Shown here: one piece after another, positions 24,801 to 36,800 of the stretch
How the letters are laid out: every line of letters begins with the position of its first letter
Position numbering within the stretch: the first letter of the stretch is position 1
Assembly (NCBI GenBank): GCA_030704615.1
Contig: CM060732.1
Coordinates: forward strand, 79,360,001-79,424,000
Direction of reading: 5' to 3'
Source of the DNA: Takakia lepidozioides
Taxonomy: Eukaryota; Plantae; Bryophyta
DNA: 64,000 nt
The notes under the pieces: generated by a model
The model's database searches: none
The model's input: the letters and a program-made list of their open reading frames with translations, nothing else
What the model was told of the DNA's origin: nothing
Translations under genes and position numbers: made by a program

Positions 24801-25870
24801 GGAAATAACAAGAAAAGATACCATGCTGGTATATCATCTGGATCATAAGCCAGCCTGTCTAAGGGTAGGAGTGCCAGTTGGACCTCATGACGTAGCGCCA
24901 CCGGAATTCTTGTATAAAGACGAGGCCTTGGCAGTCCTAGCTGAAATGCGCCCAGAACATCTAGCGCTGAAAGCCAATGCCAAGCAGAGGCAGGAGGTGG
25001 CGCGTGCAAGACACTGAGCTGAAATGGAGAAATATCATTTGTGTGGGACTGATGAAGAGCCGCACACGTGCGCTGGTGTCGCGCAAGCCCTCTGATGCGC
25101 GCAAAAAGACGACCGCAAGCTGACATGGGGTACGGTCTGATGGGAGAGGCGCCTTCTGTTGGGGTAAGAGTGATGGGGTCGGCAATGCAGGCTGCACAAC
25201 TAGAGAAGAAGGCACGTGGAGAGGCTCATGACCAAGAGGAGTTAGGTTGCCTTGAAGCCGCTGCCGAGAATGGGATGGAGAACCTAGAGGAGAAATGACT
25301 GGCGTGGGACCTCGAACCCTACCTGAGAGGCGCAGCGGGGGAGGGCTCAACAGACACTATGGGAGTTCTTCGGTCGGTGGGGCGCCAATGGAAGAACCTG
25401 GAATCAGTGGTGGAGAAGACCGTTGTGAAGATGACGACTCTTCTTGAACTTGGTGTCTGGAGCTTGGACTCTGGTGCGCATCAGGAACATGTGAGCTAGG
25501 GGTAGGGGTACGTTGGCGTTGGGGTCTTCCAAGAGGAGCAAGTCTTCCAATAGGAGCAGTTGCGGCTGTGTTCAACACCTCTCGTTGCTCTGGGGAGCGA
25601 ACTGCCAGGGATGGTGGAGTAGGCAGTAAAGGGGTTGTTGTGTGGGCTGGAGTTGGCTGCCTATACGGCGTCGGGGTTGAACGAGCTGGGGGACGAGCCG
25701 AATGAGGCCGCTGACCGGCGTGGGGCCCACTGTTGCACAACGGCCGCTTGCTCGCTTAGCGCTGCTACCGCTGTTGCTACTGCCAACACCTCCACTAAGT
25801 TGGCGACGCTGCAGGCCTTGCCGAGGTCTGGCGGCGACGCCGCTCATCGTACTTCTCGTGTCCACGCTCG
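21844..25870 (-). mobile_element. Decayed non-LTR retrotransposon with RT and restriction-like endonuclease (CRE-like clade)
   Basis: Zinc finger (CGRLFARIRGLARHQRTC), RT motifs IRPIAVGE, HQFGV, DVTNAFN, GTRQDDPLG, VADD, ILGVPFG, then CCHC (CVC..HLLRC), SHD, RVDIV, LADV, KERDY, PLAIEIFG. Stops and frameshifts are present. The element is absent from the paralogous interval at ~29367. The 5' boundary is approximate (25870-25985). Confidence 0.85.
21948..22047. repeat. Three ~40-bp tandem repeats in the 3' UTR of the CRE-like element
   Basis: AAAACA(A/G)AAGCTATAGTAA(G/A)CTACTCA occurs three times. Confidence 0.8.
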
Positions 25871-25989
25871 TCAGACTCAAAAAGCCCCGTTGTTCACGTG
25901 CAGGAATTGCACCACGCCATACTTGTTCAAATTTTCAACAGATCTCAAATAAAAGTTCAGTTGCTGCCATTCCTGAAAGCAATGCATCA

Positions 25990-27594
25990 TAATGTTCACT
26001 ACTGTCAGATGACGTAGGTTATAAGTTATAATCTTTCGAAAACACAGTACATATCTAGATTCAAAATCAAACACTGTAGAGTCGTCTTATGTGGGCAATT
26101 GGTGACTGACCACCTGAAGCAGTGGCGGACGAAAATGCAGTTTAATGTCCACGGATAGCATTGTCAAGGAAACATTGTTAATGGTAAGGATGTAGGGAAT
26201 TCCAAAAAGGCCTTGACCTCACAAGCAGCTGCATGTTGTGAGTTGTGACCAATTTCTATGTTGCAAAGTTGGTACTGCTCTCTTAAATTATATCGACTGT
26301 TGGTAAGTCCTCCACTGAAGCAAAATTTCTTAATTGCAAGAGGTCACTTTCCACGAAACAGTCGCGTTGTAGTCACTTGGTTTGACGCCGCTGCGTGTTT
26401 CTTTGGGCATATCAAGTGGTGAATAGTGATGGTCGACAGCTCATCATTGGACTCGTAGCGAGGGGATCACTGGGCGCAACAACGGACAATCTCTGACCCT
26501 GTCAAACAAAGCCTTTGTAAGCACGACGTTGAAGGGGTAGCTCGCACAAGCTACCACTTTGAACAATGTACGATGTACCACTTCAATCAGACTCGCATCC
26601 TGGATTCCTCCCGAGGTCATTAATCCTGGCGGCCCATGTTGAGAGCACCTGCGAATGTTCAAATCTCTGAAGATCTGCGGGTTACAGAATGATTGAAAGA
26701 AATGGAAATCTCGGTCGTCCCTCACCTGTGGGTGATTGTTGCCTCTATGGCTCCATGAGGGTTTCATTTCTTCAGACAGGCTCCTCCTAAGTATGACATT
26801 GTCGGTTTTTAAAACAGAATCAAAATCCAAAATTTAACAGAAGTTTGATTGATTTCGTGTTGGATTCTCTTACATGGATCTGAAAGAACAACCGGTAGGT
26901 TGATCATCAATTTATTGGTATGTCGGAGAAATGGTGATAGATGAGTTGCTTTTTGGAAATTTGAAACAAATGAGTGTAACTTACAGACTAGTGTGAGCTG
27001 TAGGAGGGGACAACGAAGTATAGCCACATGTTCACGAATAACTTTTGTAGAAGAATGGATACTTCAGATTGAAGCTGTTGTCACACTGGCACTTTCGAAA
27101 ACCAGTTGACAAAATGTACATGAGCACTGAAAGCTTCTTTAGGGCTCCATTGTATTTGAACCGGGAGCCTGGTATGAACTTATGAACTCCCATTGGAAGA
27201 ACCAACAAAGTTCATGGTCATGCTTCATGGTCCTTCAAGTGGCAGCTCAAAGCCAATTGGGTCACTTGAATGAACTCTATGAGTGGCTTGCAATTCAATT
27301 TGAACAAGAATTTAATGTACTACTTGGGGGCCTAAGTGGGCAATGCTGCACTGCGCCCTATCTATACAACTGCTCTTGAAAGTTAGGAATCTATGTAAGT
27401 CTAACAGATCCTGCGATGATCTTCGCTATTAAAAAGCGTGTCACCGTGGTGTAAGCTGATGAATCTTGAGGTCTAGCACAAAAAGCAGCTCCCGTAGAAG
27501 TAAGCCTTGGCAGGCACGAAGTACCTGCAGGCTGCTTAAGAATGGAGCTTTACTCAATGCCAGCTGACATTGTCGGCAGTGGCAAGAAAATAAT
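25990..27594. repeat. Intergenic arm of a tandem segmental duplication (paralogous to ~29370-31069)
   Basis: Collinear shared blocks such as ACACTGTAGAGTCGTCTTATGTGG, GGCGGCCCATGTTGAGAGCACCTGCGAAT and CTAACAGATCCTGCGATGATCTTCGC. Confidence 0.9.
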
Positions 27595-28800
27595 CTACAT
27601 GGAAGGCATGCTTCGGAGCACCAATCCTTCCATTGTCAGCCCTGGACCAATGCCGATCAGCAATCCCCACTCCTTGCCCTCTCCTGTTGTTGATGCGCCT
27701 GCCTTCAGTGAACGATTGCGAACATTATCGAGCACGAACAACACACATGCGCTGCCCATGTTACCGTAGTTTGCAAGAGTGTCTCGGCTCGCCCCTAACT
27801 TCTCTGGTAACAAACCCAATTGGTTCTCTATTTGGTTGAGGATCGCAACACCTCCCGGGTGTACCGCCCAGAACATATCATTACACTCTGTGGAATCTGC
27901 CCATGTTCTTGCTTCGGTCACAAACTCGTCGATGCTCGTCGACACCAGCTTGGGGATATCTGGCGTCAGGTGGTAGTACATGCCAGCCTCCATGAAGTGT
28001 CCGTCAATCGCTCCTTCACTGTTTGGCACATTCATCTCCCCAGCCCATTGGATTTCGAACAACGGTCGCTCCACTTCAGGGATTGGGTCAGACCCCACGA
28101 TCACTGCTCCTGCACCGTCTCCAAACAATCCTTGTCCTACTAATCCATCCAGATATTCCTCGCTGGGTGCTCGGAAGAAGCTCGCAGTCACTTCGCTGCT
28201 GATTACCAGAACGCGGGCACCCTTGTTGTTCTCGGCAAGGTCCTTGGCAACTCTCAGTGCAGCAGCCCCTCCCCAGCAACCTGTCTGGTACATCATCACC
28301 CGTCTCACCTTTGGGGAAAGTCCCAAGGATTTTGCCACAATGAGATCAACCCCGGGCATATTCACCACACTAGTGGTAGTCACGACGATATGGGTAATCT
28401 CTGACTTGGAGCGGCCCCATTCCTTGATCACCTTTTCGGCTGCCTCCTTGGCCAGCTTCGGCACCCACTCAATCAGTATGTTGTGACGCACATTGAGAGA
28501 GGGCTCCAGGTAGGTGCCCAAAACGGGGTACTCCTCGATCAGTTCCTTTGTCATAACCATGTGGCGTTTGTTGATTTGCATCTTATCACAGATGCGCTTG
28601 AACTTGGCTTTGAGGGCGGTCTTGTGATTGCAGTTGGTGGCATCGAAGTAGTAGTCAGCGTAGGTGCTCTGCTCATGCACTGTCGGAGGATTCGCTGTTC
28701 CGATGGCCATCACCGTAGCAGGCCCCTCCGCTCGTGGCTGCGCCCTGCGCACGCCGGCTTTATAAGCCTCCTCTGTTTTGAATTGCCCATTTGATGCCAT
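27595..28800 (-). CDS. Type III polyketide synthase, copy 3, intronless, 401 aa
   Basis: Intact ORF. The true start is taken as the MASNG ATG at 28800 by comparison with the paralogs. Confidence 0.97.
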   Translation of the reverse strand: MASNGQFKTEEAYKAGVRRAQPRAEGPATVMAIGTANPPTVHEQSTYADYYFDATNCNHKTALKAKFKRICDKMQINKRHMVMTKELIEEYPVLGTYLEPSLNVRHNILIEWVPKLAKEAAEKVIKEWGRSKSEITHIVVTTTSVVNMPGVDLIVAKSLGLSPKVRRVMMYQTGCWGGAAALRVAKDLAENNKGARVLVISSEVTASFFRAPSEEYLDGLVGQGLFGDGAGAVIVGSDPIPEVERPLFEIQWAGEMNVPNSEGAIDGHFMEAGMYYHLTPDIPKLVSTSIDEFVTEARTWADSTECNDMFWAVHPGGVAILNQIENQLGLLPEKLGASRDTLANYGNMGSACVLFVLDNVRNRSLKAGASTTGEGKEWGLLIGIGPGLTMEGLVLRSMPSM

Positions 28801-31069
28801 TGCGCTAGCTTCTGGACCTAACAATTCGATGATCTCTGCCTTCGCGGGGCTAACAAAGAGATGGGTATCACCAGCTACCTGTGGATCTCTTGCTTGCAAG
28901 GTATGTCAAGGTTTAACCCTTTTCTGTTCTGGTTGGAATATGAGATTCAAGTTCGAAGATCGAGCTTGTGTACAGCGATCTCGAGAGCAAAGAGAACAAA
29001 GCTCGAGACTCTCTGAAGGAGATGGGTGGAGTACTGGAAACACGGCAGGGCTTATAAACGTGCCTGTGGGTGTGTAGTTAGATAGGTCTCGCTGCGCGTG
29101 CTTATTTGACTAACGACCGTAGTTTAATTTGACCACAGCTGCTACTCCTCCACTCCTCTAATAATCTTGTAGTGCCACATTTCCGACCCTTTCAAAGATT
29201 TGGACCCCGTGTTTCAACGTGGCTGCTCAGATTTGACTGCGAATAGTGAACTGAAACCACCGCCCAACTTCACTTTCTTTGAATGACTCGTCTCAGACTT
29301 GTAACATGGTTGTCCTTGGAAATTTTTGGTACCTTGGATTTGAATATGAAATAAAACAGGGATGCTTACATAACACTACTTTCAAATGACGTACTTGTGT
29401 TGGTTATAACTTCAATCTTTCAAACACACAGTAACACAGGCACTAAAAGGTCCAGTAGATTCAAATCAAACACTGTAGAGTCGTCTTATGTGGTAGTACC
29501 GGGGCAATTGGGGAAAGACCACCTGACGCAGTGGCGGCGCGACAAGAAAATGTAGTTTAATGTCCACGGATTGCATTGTCAATGAAGCATTGTTAATGGT
29601 AAGGGTGGGCCCATGACCTCACAAGCAGCTGCATGTTGTGACGTTGTTCACGGCCCATTTCTATGTTGCAAAGTTGGTACACTGCTCTCTTAAATTATCC
29701 ACAAGTCCTCCACCAGTTGAAGCAAAATTTCTTAACTGCAAGAGGTCTTTCCACGAAACAGTCGCGTTGTAGTCACTTGGTTTCTTTGGGCATCAAGTGG
29801 TGAATAGTGAGGGTCAACAGCTCATCATTGGACTCGTAGAGAGGGAATCTCTGGGAACAACAACGGACAATTGTCTCTGACCCTGTCAAACAAAGCAAGT
29901 CGTCAGCCCACCTCGGCTGTAAGCACAACGTTGAAGGACTGATCACACAAGCTACCACTTCATGTACGATAGAGTCAAACGGACTCGCATCCTGGATTCC
30001 TCCCTCATTAATTATCCGGGCGGCCCATGTTGAGAGCACCTGCGAATCTTTAAATCTCTGAAGATCTGCGGTGTACAGAATGATTGAAAGAAATGGAATC
30101 TTGGTCGTCCCTCGCCTCTGGGTGATTGTTGCCTCTATGGCTCAATGAGGGTTTCATTTCTTCTCCTCTTTATAACATTGTTGGTTTTTCAAAAAAAAAA
30201 AAGTTTGGAAATCTGATCATTCGATGAAGTGGGTGATTGAATGGGTTGACTGATATCACAATCAGAATCAAAATCAAAAGATTTCAAAGTCCAAAATTCA
30301 GTTGACAGAAGTTTTGATTGATTTGGTGTTGGACTCTCTCTTACATATTGCAGAAAGAACGGAGGGTTGATCAATCATCAATATATGGGTAAGTGGGAAA
30401 AATGGTGATAGAAGAGTTGCTTCTTGGAAATTTGTTAACAAATGAGTGTAACTTACAGTACATTTACAGACTGGTGTAAGCTGTGCAGGAAGGGGGAAAA
30501 GGAAGTAAAGCCATGAATAACCTCTTTGAAGAATGGATACTAGATTGAAGCTGATGTCACACTGGCATTTCGGAAAATTTTCCAACCAGTTGACAAAATG
30601 TACATGAGCACTGGAAGCTTCTTTAGGGCTCCATTGTATTTGAACAGGGAGCCCGGTCTGAACCTATGAACTCCCATTGGAAGAACCAACAAAGTTCATG
30701 GGACCTCATGCTACATGAATGGTCCTTCCAAAAGCCACTTGAGTGAACTCTGTGACTGGCTTGCAATTCAATTTGAGCAAGAATTTAATGTATAATCTTT
30801 CCTCACTACTTGGGAGCCTAAGTGGGCAATGCTGCACTGGCACCTATCTATACAACTGCTCAATTAGGAATCTATGTAAGTCTAACAGATCCTGCGATGA
30901 TCTTCGCTATTAAAAAGCGTGTCATCGTGGTGTACAGGCTGATAAATCTTGAGGTCTAGCACAAAAAGCAGCTCCATTCTTAAGCAGCAGGTACTTCGTG
31001 CCTGCCAAGGCTAGGGGAGCTGCTTCTCTCAATGCCAGGTGACATTGTCGGCAGTGGCAAGAAAATAAC

Positions 31070-32263
31070 CTACATGGAAGGCATGCTGCGGAGCACCAAT
31101 CCTTCCATTGTCAGCCCTGGACCAATGCCGATCAGCAATCCCCACTCCCTGCCCTCTCCTGTTGTTGATGCACCAGCCTTCAGTGACCGAGTGCGAATAT
31201 TATCGAGCACGAACAACACACATGCGCTGCCCATGTTGCCGTAGTTTGCAAGAGTGTCTCGGCTCGCCCCTAGCTTTTCTGGTAACAAACCCAATTGGTT
31301 CTCTATTTGGTTGAGGATCGCAACACCTCCCGGGTGTACCGCCCAGAACATATCATTACACTCTGTGGAATCTGCCCATGTTCTTGCTTCGGTCACAAAC
31401 TCGTCGATGCTCGTTGACACCAGCTTGGGGATATCTGGCGTCAGGTGGTAGTACATGCCAGCCTCCATGAAGTGTCCGTCAATCGCTCCTTCACTGTTTG
31501 GCACATTCATCTCCCCAGCCCATTGGATTTCGAACAACGGTCGCTCCACTTCAGGGATTGGGTCAGACCCCACGATCACTGCTCCTGCACCGTCTCCAAA
31601 CAATCCTTGTCCTACTAATCCATCCAGATATTCCTCGCTGGGTGCTCGGAAGAAGCTCGCAGTCACTTCGCTGCTGATTACCAGGACGCGGGCACCCTTG
31701 TTGTTCTCGGCAAGGTCCTTGGCAACTCTCAGTGCAGCAGCCCCTCCCCAGCAACCTGTCTGGTACATCATCACCCGTCTCACCTTTGGGGAAAGTCCCA
31801 AGGATTTTGCCACAATGAGGTCAACCCCGGGCATATTCACCACACTAGTGGTAGTCACGACGATATGGGTAATCTCTGACTTGGAGCGGCCCCATTCCTT
31901 GATCACCTTTTCGGCTGCCTCCTTGGCCAGCTTCGGCACCCACTCAATCAGTATGTTGTGACGCACATTGAGAGAGGGCTCCAGGTAGGTGCCCAAAACG
32001 GGGTACTCTTCGATCAATTCCTTTGTCATAACCATGTGGCGTTTGTTGATTTGCATCTTATCACAGATGCGCTTGAACTTGGCTTTGAGCGCGGTCTTGT
32101 GATTACAGTTGGTAGCATCAAAGTAGTAGTCAGCGTAGGTGCTCTGCTCATGCACTGTCGGAGGATTCGCTGTACCAATGGCCATCACTGTTGCCGGCCC
32201 CTCTGCTCGAGGTTGTGCCCTGCGCCCCGTGCCATAAGACTCGATATGCCCATTTGACGCCAT
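31070..32263 (-). CDS. Type III polyketide synthase, copy 4, intronless, 397 aa
   Basis: Intact ORF with the MASNG ATG at 32263. Confidence 0.97.
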   Translation of the reverse strand: MASNGHIESYGTGRRAQPRAEGPATVMAIGTANPPTVHEQSTYADYYFDATNCNHKTALKAKFKRICDKMQINKRHMVMTKELIEEYPVLGTYLEPSLNVRHNILIEWVPKLAKEAAEKVIKEWGRSKSEITHIVVTTTSVVNMPGVDLIVAKSLGLSPKVRRVMMYQTGCWGGAAALRVAKDLAENNKGARVLVISSEVTASFFRAPSEEYLDGLVGQGLFGDGAGAVIVGSDPIPEVERPLFEIQWAGEMNVPNSEGAIDGHFMEAGMYYHLTPDIPKLVSTSIDEFVTEARTWADSTECNDMFWAVHPGGVAILNQIENQLGLLPEKLGASRDTLANYGNMGSACVLFVLDNIRTRSLKAGASTTGEGREWGLLIGIGPGLTMEGLVLRSMPSM

Positions 32264-32489
32264 TATACCTTGATGGGTCTCTGACCCTCGACAATACACA
32301 GACTCTAAAACGAGTGTTCAAAGCGCAGCTTAAACTCGTATTATCACCTCTCGAGAGGGAGATCGAGAGCGGCCAAAGGGGAATTTACCGAACTATGGGT
32401 GCAGAGAGGGAGGCGCAGCAATGAGCAAGGCAAGTGTAGAGTAGAGAAGCTAAGCAGAGAAAGAATTGAGCAGGATAGAGACAACAGAG

Positions 32490-32670
32490 AGGAAAGGGTT
32501 ATATATAGTTGTGTGAGTGCGACAATCTCTGGGCCATGGTCTCTTCAATATTGGCTGCCCGCAAGTGTTGACTGGGCAGCGAGTCGCAGCGCGAGCCCAA
32601 TTGACGAACCCGCTGTGGCGGCCCACACACGGAACGCAGTCAGGAAACTGCCCACGCTGTTGACTGTATG
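32490..32670 (-). promoter_or_regulatory. Promoter of copy 4 (second promoter type, shared with copy 5)
   Basis: GGGTTATATA(TA)GTTGTG (TATA), CGCAAGTGTTGACTGGG and GCCCAATTGAC..ACCC..GTGGCGGC are conserved at 49625-49740. Confidence 0.6.
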
Positions 32671-32966
32671 AACACCCCAAAAGATCAGCCTAACTTAGTA
32701 CTTGGAGCGACAAGGAATTTCAACCCTCCTGCAGCGCATCTAGTAGGTGACATTCATAGGTTTTGATAGATTCAACAAGTTGCACTATGTACTGCAAGGG
32801 AATATATTTTGTCCTTGGTGTATATTTGGATATAATGGATGCCATTGTTTTGAATGATACATTTTATGTTTTCTCGCACAATGCTGAGCTGGGTAATCTT
32901 TTAGTTAATATTCTTTGCAGCGTTTGTGACATTACACAGGCAAAGCGGAGAATGCCACACTAGGCT

Positions 32967-33424
32967 TAAAACAAGCCTGAAGCATATACTCCTTTCCTCT
33001 CAAGAAGCAAGGTTGCACAACAAAGGGGCGAGCGGAAAGAGCAAGCGGCGCGCGAGACGAGGATCAAACACACGAATCAGACACTAAGCAGCTCTCATCC
33101 AAAACTTGTACACCCAAATCACATATACACCAACACCCGAGTACACCACCCTCACCTTGTGTCAGGGCGCCGTCTTTATACAAAAGCCCTAACCATAGTG
33201 GCCCGCCGCGTGGCGAGGCATCATAGGCCAAAGCCCACGGTGCTGCCTTGTAGCCTTAGATCTGATGAAAGGCCAAGATCAAGCCACCAGCCTAAACTAA
33301 CCCTAACCTAAACATCATTGTAACGATTAACGGCTTTATATGCCAAAAATATATACTATGAATGTGTATCGCCGTTTTGGATGAAACGGGCTATTTTCAG
33401 GCTAAGCAAGTATGGGGCTTTACA
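32967..33424 (-). repeat. 3' LTR
   Basis: Near-identical to 42279-42737 (TAAAACAAGCC...GGGGCTTTACA on +). Confidence 0.95.
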
Positions 33425-33889
33425 TCTGTGAAGCCTACCCCCCACGAAAAATCCTGAGCTCCACGAAGGAAATCAATGATGGAAAATATCACCCTCCACT
33501 GCTGGGTGAAAAACCTACCAAGGGAAAACCTGGCACCTGCAAGTTGGGCCGAGGACAAAACCATTGGCTAGGAAAACCGTGCAGGGAGTACAGATGGTGA
33601 GAAAAAGTTCCAAGTCCTAGAGAGGACAAGTCCGAGGATCCTAAGAGTCATCATCTGTAAACTAAGACTAAGCCGCTGAGAAGAGAAGTGGAGTAAACTG
33701 AAGCAGATCGCGAAGAAGATCAAGACATCACCCCACAGTGCGCCCCTCCACATTGATACATGTGAGATCAAAAACTAGCTCGGAATGCACCAAGTCTGTA
33801 AAAGAAACAGGTTCATCCCGCACTTCAGTGTTAGAGCCTTGGGGAAGAAGAAGAGCACGTCGCCTACGTAAAATCTGATAGATCAAGTA

Positions 33890-36800
33890 TGGACCGTCGA
33901 TCTTGAGCTTAGATTTGCATGCATGCTTGCCATGCTATAATCGAACACACACGGTCTGTCCCACCTGAAACAGGTTAGAATACTTGACACGTTTGTTAAA
34001 ATTACGGACTTGGGTTAGTTGAGCCTTACCAGTGTTCGTCTTGGCATCATGGATAGACACCGCATGGCGAGCATGAAGATCCTCAACAAAGGTTTCAAGA
34101 TCAACCAGATCAGCAACAGTAGAGATAAGAGGGGTAGAATGCAAAGGAGAAACACACTTGCGACCATACAACAACTCAAAATGAGTCTTTTTGGTACTAG
34201 CATGCACGGCAGTGCGATAAGCAAAGAGAATAGGGGGAAGAAATGTAGATCCCACTCCCTGGTAAGTGCGCCATTCTTCTCCAACATTCGGCAGAGAGTT
34301 TGGTTGAAGCGTTCCGTAAGGCCATTGGTCTAGGGATGGTATGGAGCGGTGGTGGAATGCTTGACACCGAAGTTGAAGCAAATCATCGTGAGGAGCTGGT
34401 TACAAAACTCCTTGCCCTGATCCGTTAGTATCTCCCGAGGACACCCATGCCTCATAAGGATCTCATTGAAGAAGAACTGAGCTACAGCATCACTAGCCTT
34501 GGAACGCAAAGGCCGGACTTCTACCCACTTAGTCAAGTAGTCGGTAGCAACACAAAGGTAGCTTTGACCCTTTGATGTGAGTGCGAGGGGTCCTACCAAG
34601 TCAATGCCAACACGAGCAAAAGCATGGGTGACAGGCAAAGGCTGCAGCTCATATAAGATCCAGGGCCTAGGGAGAGCAATGTTAGCACGACAACCTTCAC
34701 ACTTAGAGATGAACTCGGTGATGTCTCGGTGAATTCCCAGCCAATAGTATACCTCTTGGATGCGGTCCACAATTTTCTTGATACCAAGGTGACCTACATA
34801 CAAGGAACAATGGAAACGCTCCAATAAAGCATTCAGCTGGCTCTATGGTGGCACCTCCAAGTAGCATGACACTCCCCCTCTAGTGAGCTCCTTGAAAAAC
34901 TTATCACCCATAAAACGGTGAGTAGACACATGATAGAGAATTTGTTTACGCAAGGACTCGGAAAGGCCAGCTGGCGAAGGCCCTGATTGGCATCGCTGGA
35001 GTAGCGCAGCATGTAGCTGATCATCCATGACTGCACTGCACATAAGAGGTAGACAATGGGTTTTAGAGAAGGTGGTCCGGAGTGCCTGCATCTATGATCT
35101 CTAGCCAGGGATACCTTCACCTCAATTGTTACTACTCATGGATAGCCAAATCAGGCCTTGAAGCTCAGGCCAATAGTCACACTGGAGTGCAGCAGCCGAA
35201 TCACAACAAACTCGGGGGCCTAGGAAAGAGAAAGACTGAAACACAACAAGGAACTTCCACCAAACTATCCGAATTCTCGCGAAGTGATAGATCCACCACA
35301 CATACTAACACACGAATAAATCAACCAGGTTCATCTAATAGGCTAGACCAGCCCCATGCAGCCAAGATGCCATAAGAATCGAGGGCTAAGGGTTGCTGAT
35401 CTGCACAAAGAAGGTTGAGAAGAGGGGCAGGATCAGGAGGAGCAGCAGCATCAGCAGCAATAAGGTCATCCAGGGTGAGCATAGGCCTGCTGACAGGAGG
35501 ATCAACCCGCGTGAGTGCATTAGCATTTGTATTTTCCTTGCCCTTCTTGTAGACTATATCCATGTCAAATTCCTGCAGGTACATAGTCTATCTAGCAAGT
35601 GTGCCATGAAGTTCCATTGGCTTAACAAGAGCCTTTAGTGGAAGATGATCAGTCTCTACCACAAACCGGCTGCCATGTAAATATTGCCTGAAATGCTTCA
35701 CGCCAAAAACCAGGGCTAGACCCTCCTTATCAGATATGGAATAATTCCTTTCATGACGATCTAGACGACGAGATGCATAGGCTATTACATGCTCCTTGCC
35801 TTCTACAACTTGACATAAGATTGCAGAGATGGCAACATCTGATGCATCAGTCTGAAGTAAAAAACGTAACTCAAAATTGGGAAACATGAGGATGGGACAC
35901 AAGACCTTGCGAAGGGTGTCAAAAGCAGCCTGTTGGACGAAGGTCCATTCAAACCTGGCATCTTTGCACAACACCTTGGTTAGAGGGTGAGCAAGCTTGG
36001 CAAAGTTCTTTATGAAGTGCCTATAATAAAAAGCCAGACCAAGGAAGGATTTGATACAATGTTTATCCCTAGGGATAGGAAAGCCCCAAACAGACTCAAG
36101 CTTGGCAGGATCATGAAGCAAACCATCTTTGGACAAAACATGACCAAGGAAGTGCAGCTCGGGCACGAATAGCTCACACTTCTTGGGCTTTACTTTGAGA
36201 CCTGCAGTGCGCAATTTGCTGAAAACATGCTACAGATCAGCTAGGTGAGCATTAAAACTGGCTGAGTAAACATTGATATCATCGACATAAATTAAAGCAC
36301 ACTCCCAGCGCAGATTGCCCAAGACAATGTCAATGAGGCGTTGGAAAGTAGAGGTGGCATTGCATAAACCAAAAGGCATGGTCTCATATTGGTACTTGCC
36401 CATGCGACACACAAATGAGGTCTTTTCCTTGGCAGATTCAATAAGAGGAACTTGCCAAAAGCCAGACGCAAGATCAAGGGTGGCACCATGCAATTGACAC
36501 TACAACAGATTCGCGGTAGTTATGACTGCCAAACCATGGTAGTCATGGTTTTCATGACTTTGACCATGACTACACCATGTTTTTATATGAAATTGACCTC
36601 CCGCAGTCGTTCATACGACTGTAGTCATATGAACGACTATCTAAATAGTCGTCTGTATGACTACATGGCTCCGGAATGGGCGGAAGGCTGTTCAACGGCA
36701 ATTGACCAGATTTAGCTCACCATTCATAGTCATTTCCATGACTACAGTGTACATGGATGAGGTTACATAGTCATGATGACTACTGGGGATTTTGTAATTT

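Noticed and set aside
28801-28899. N-terminal extensions of PKS copies 3, 4 and 5 in the ORF track (434, 409 and 490 aa)
   Set aside because: They start at non-ATG codons, and the copy 5 extension crosses the TATA box. All paralogs align from MASNG.
33288-33312. Telomere-like CCTAAACTAACCCTAACCTAAAC
   Set aside because: Short, degenerate and part of both LTRs; not an interstitial telomere array.
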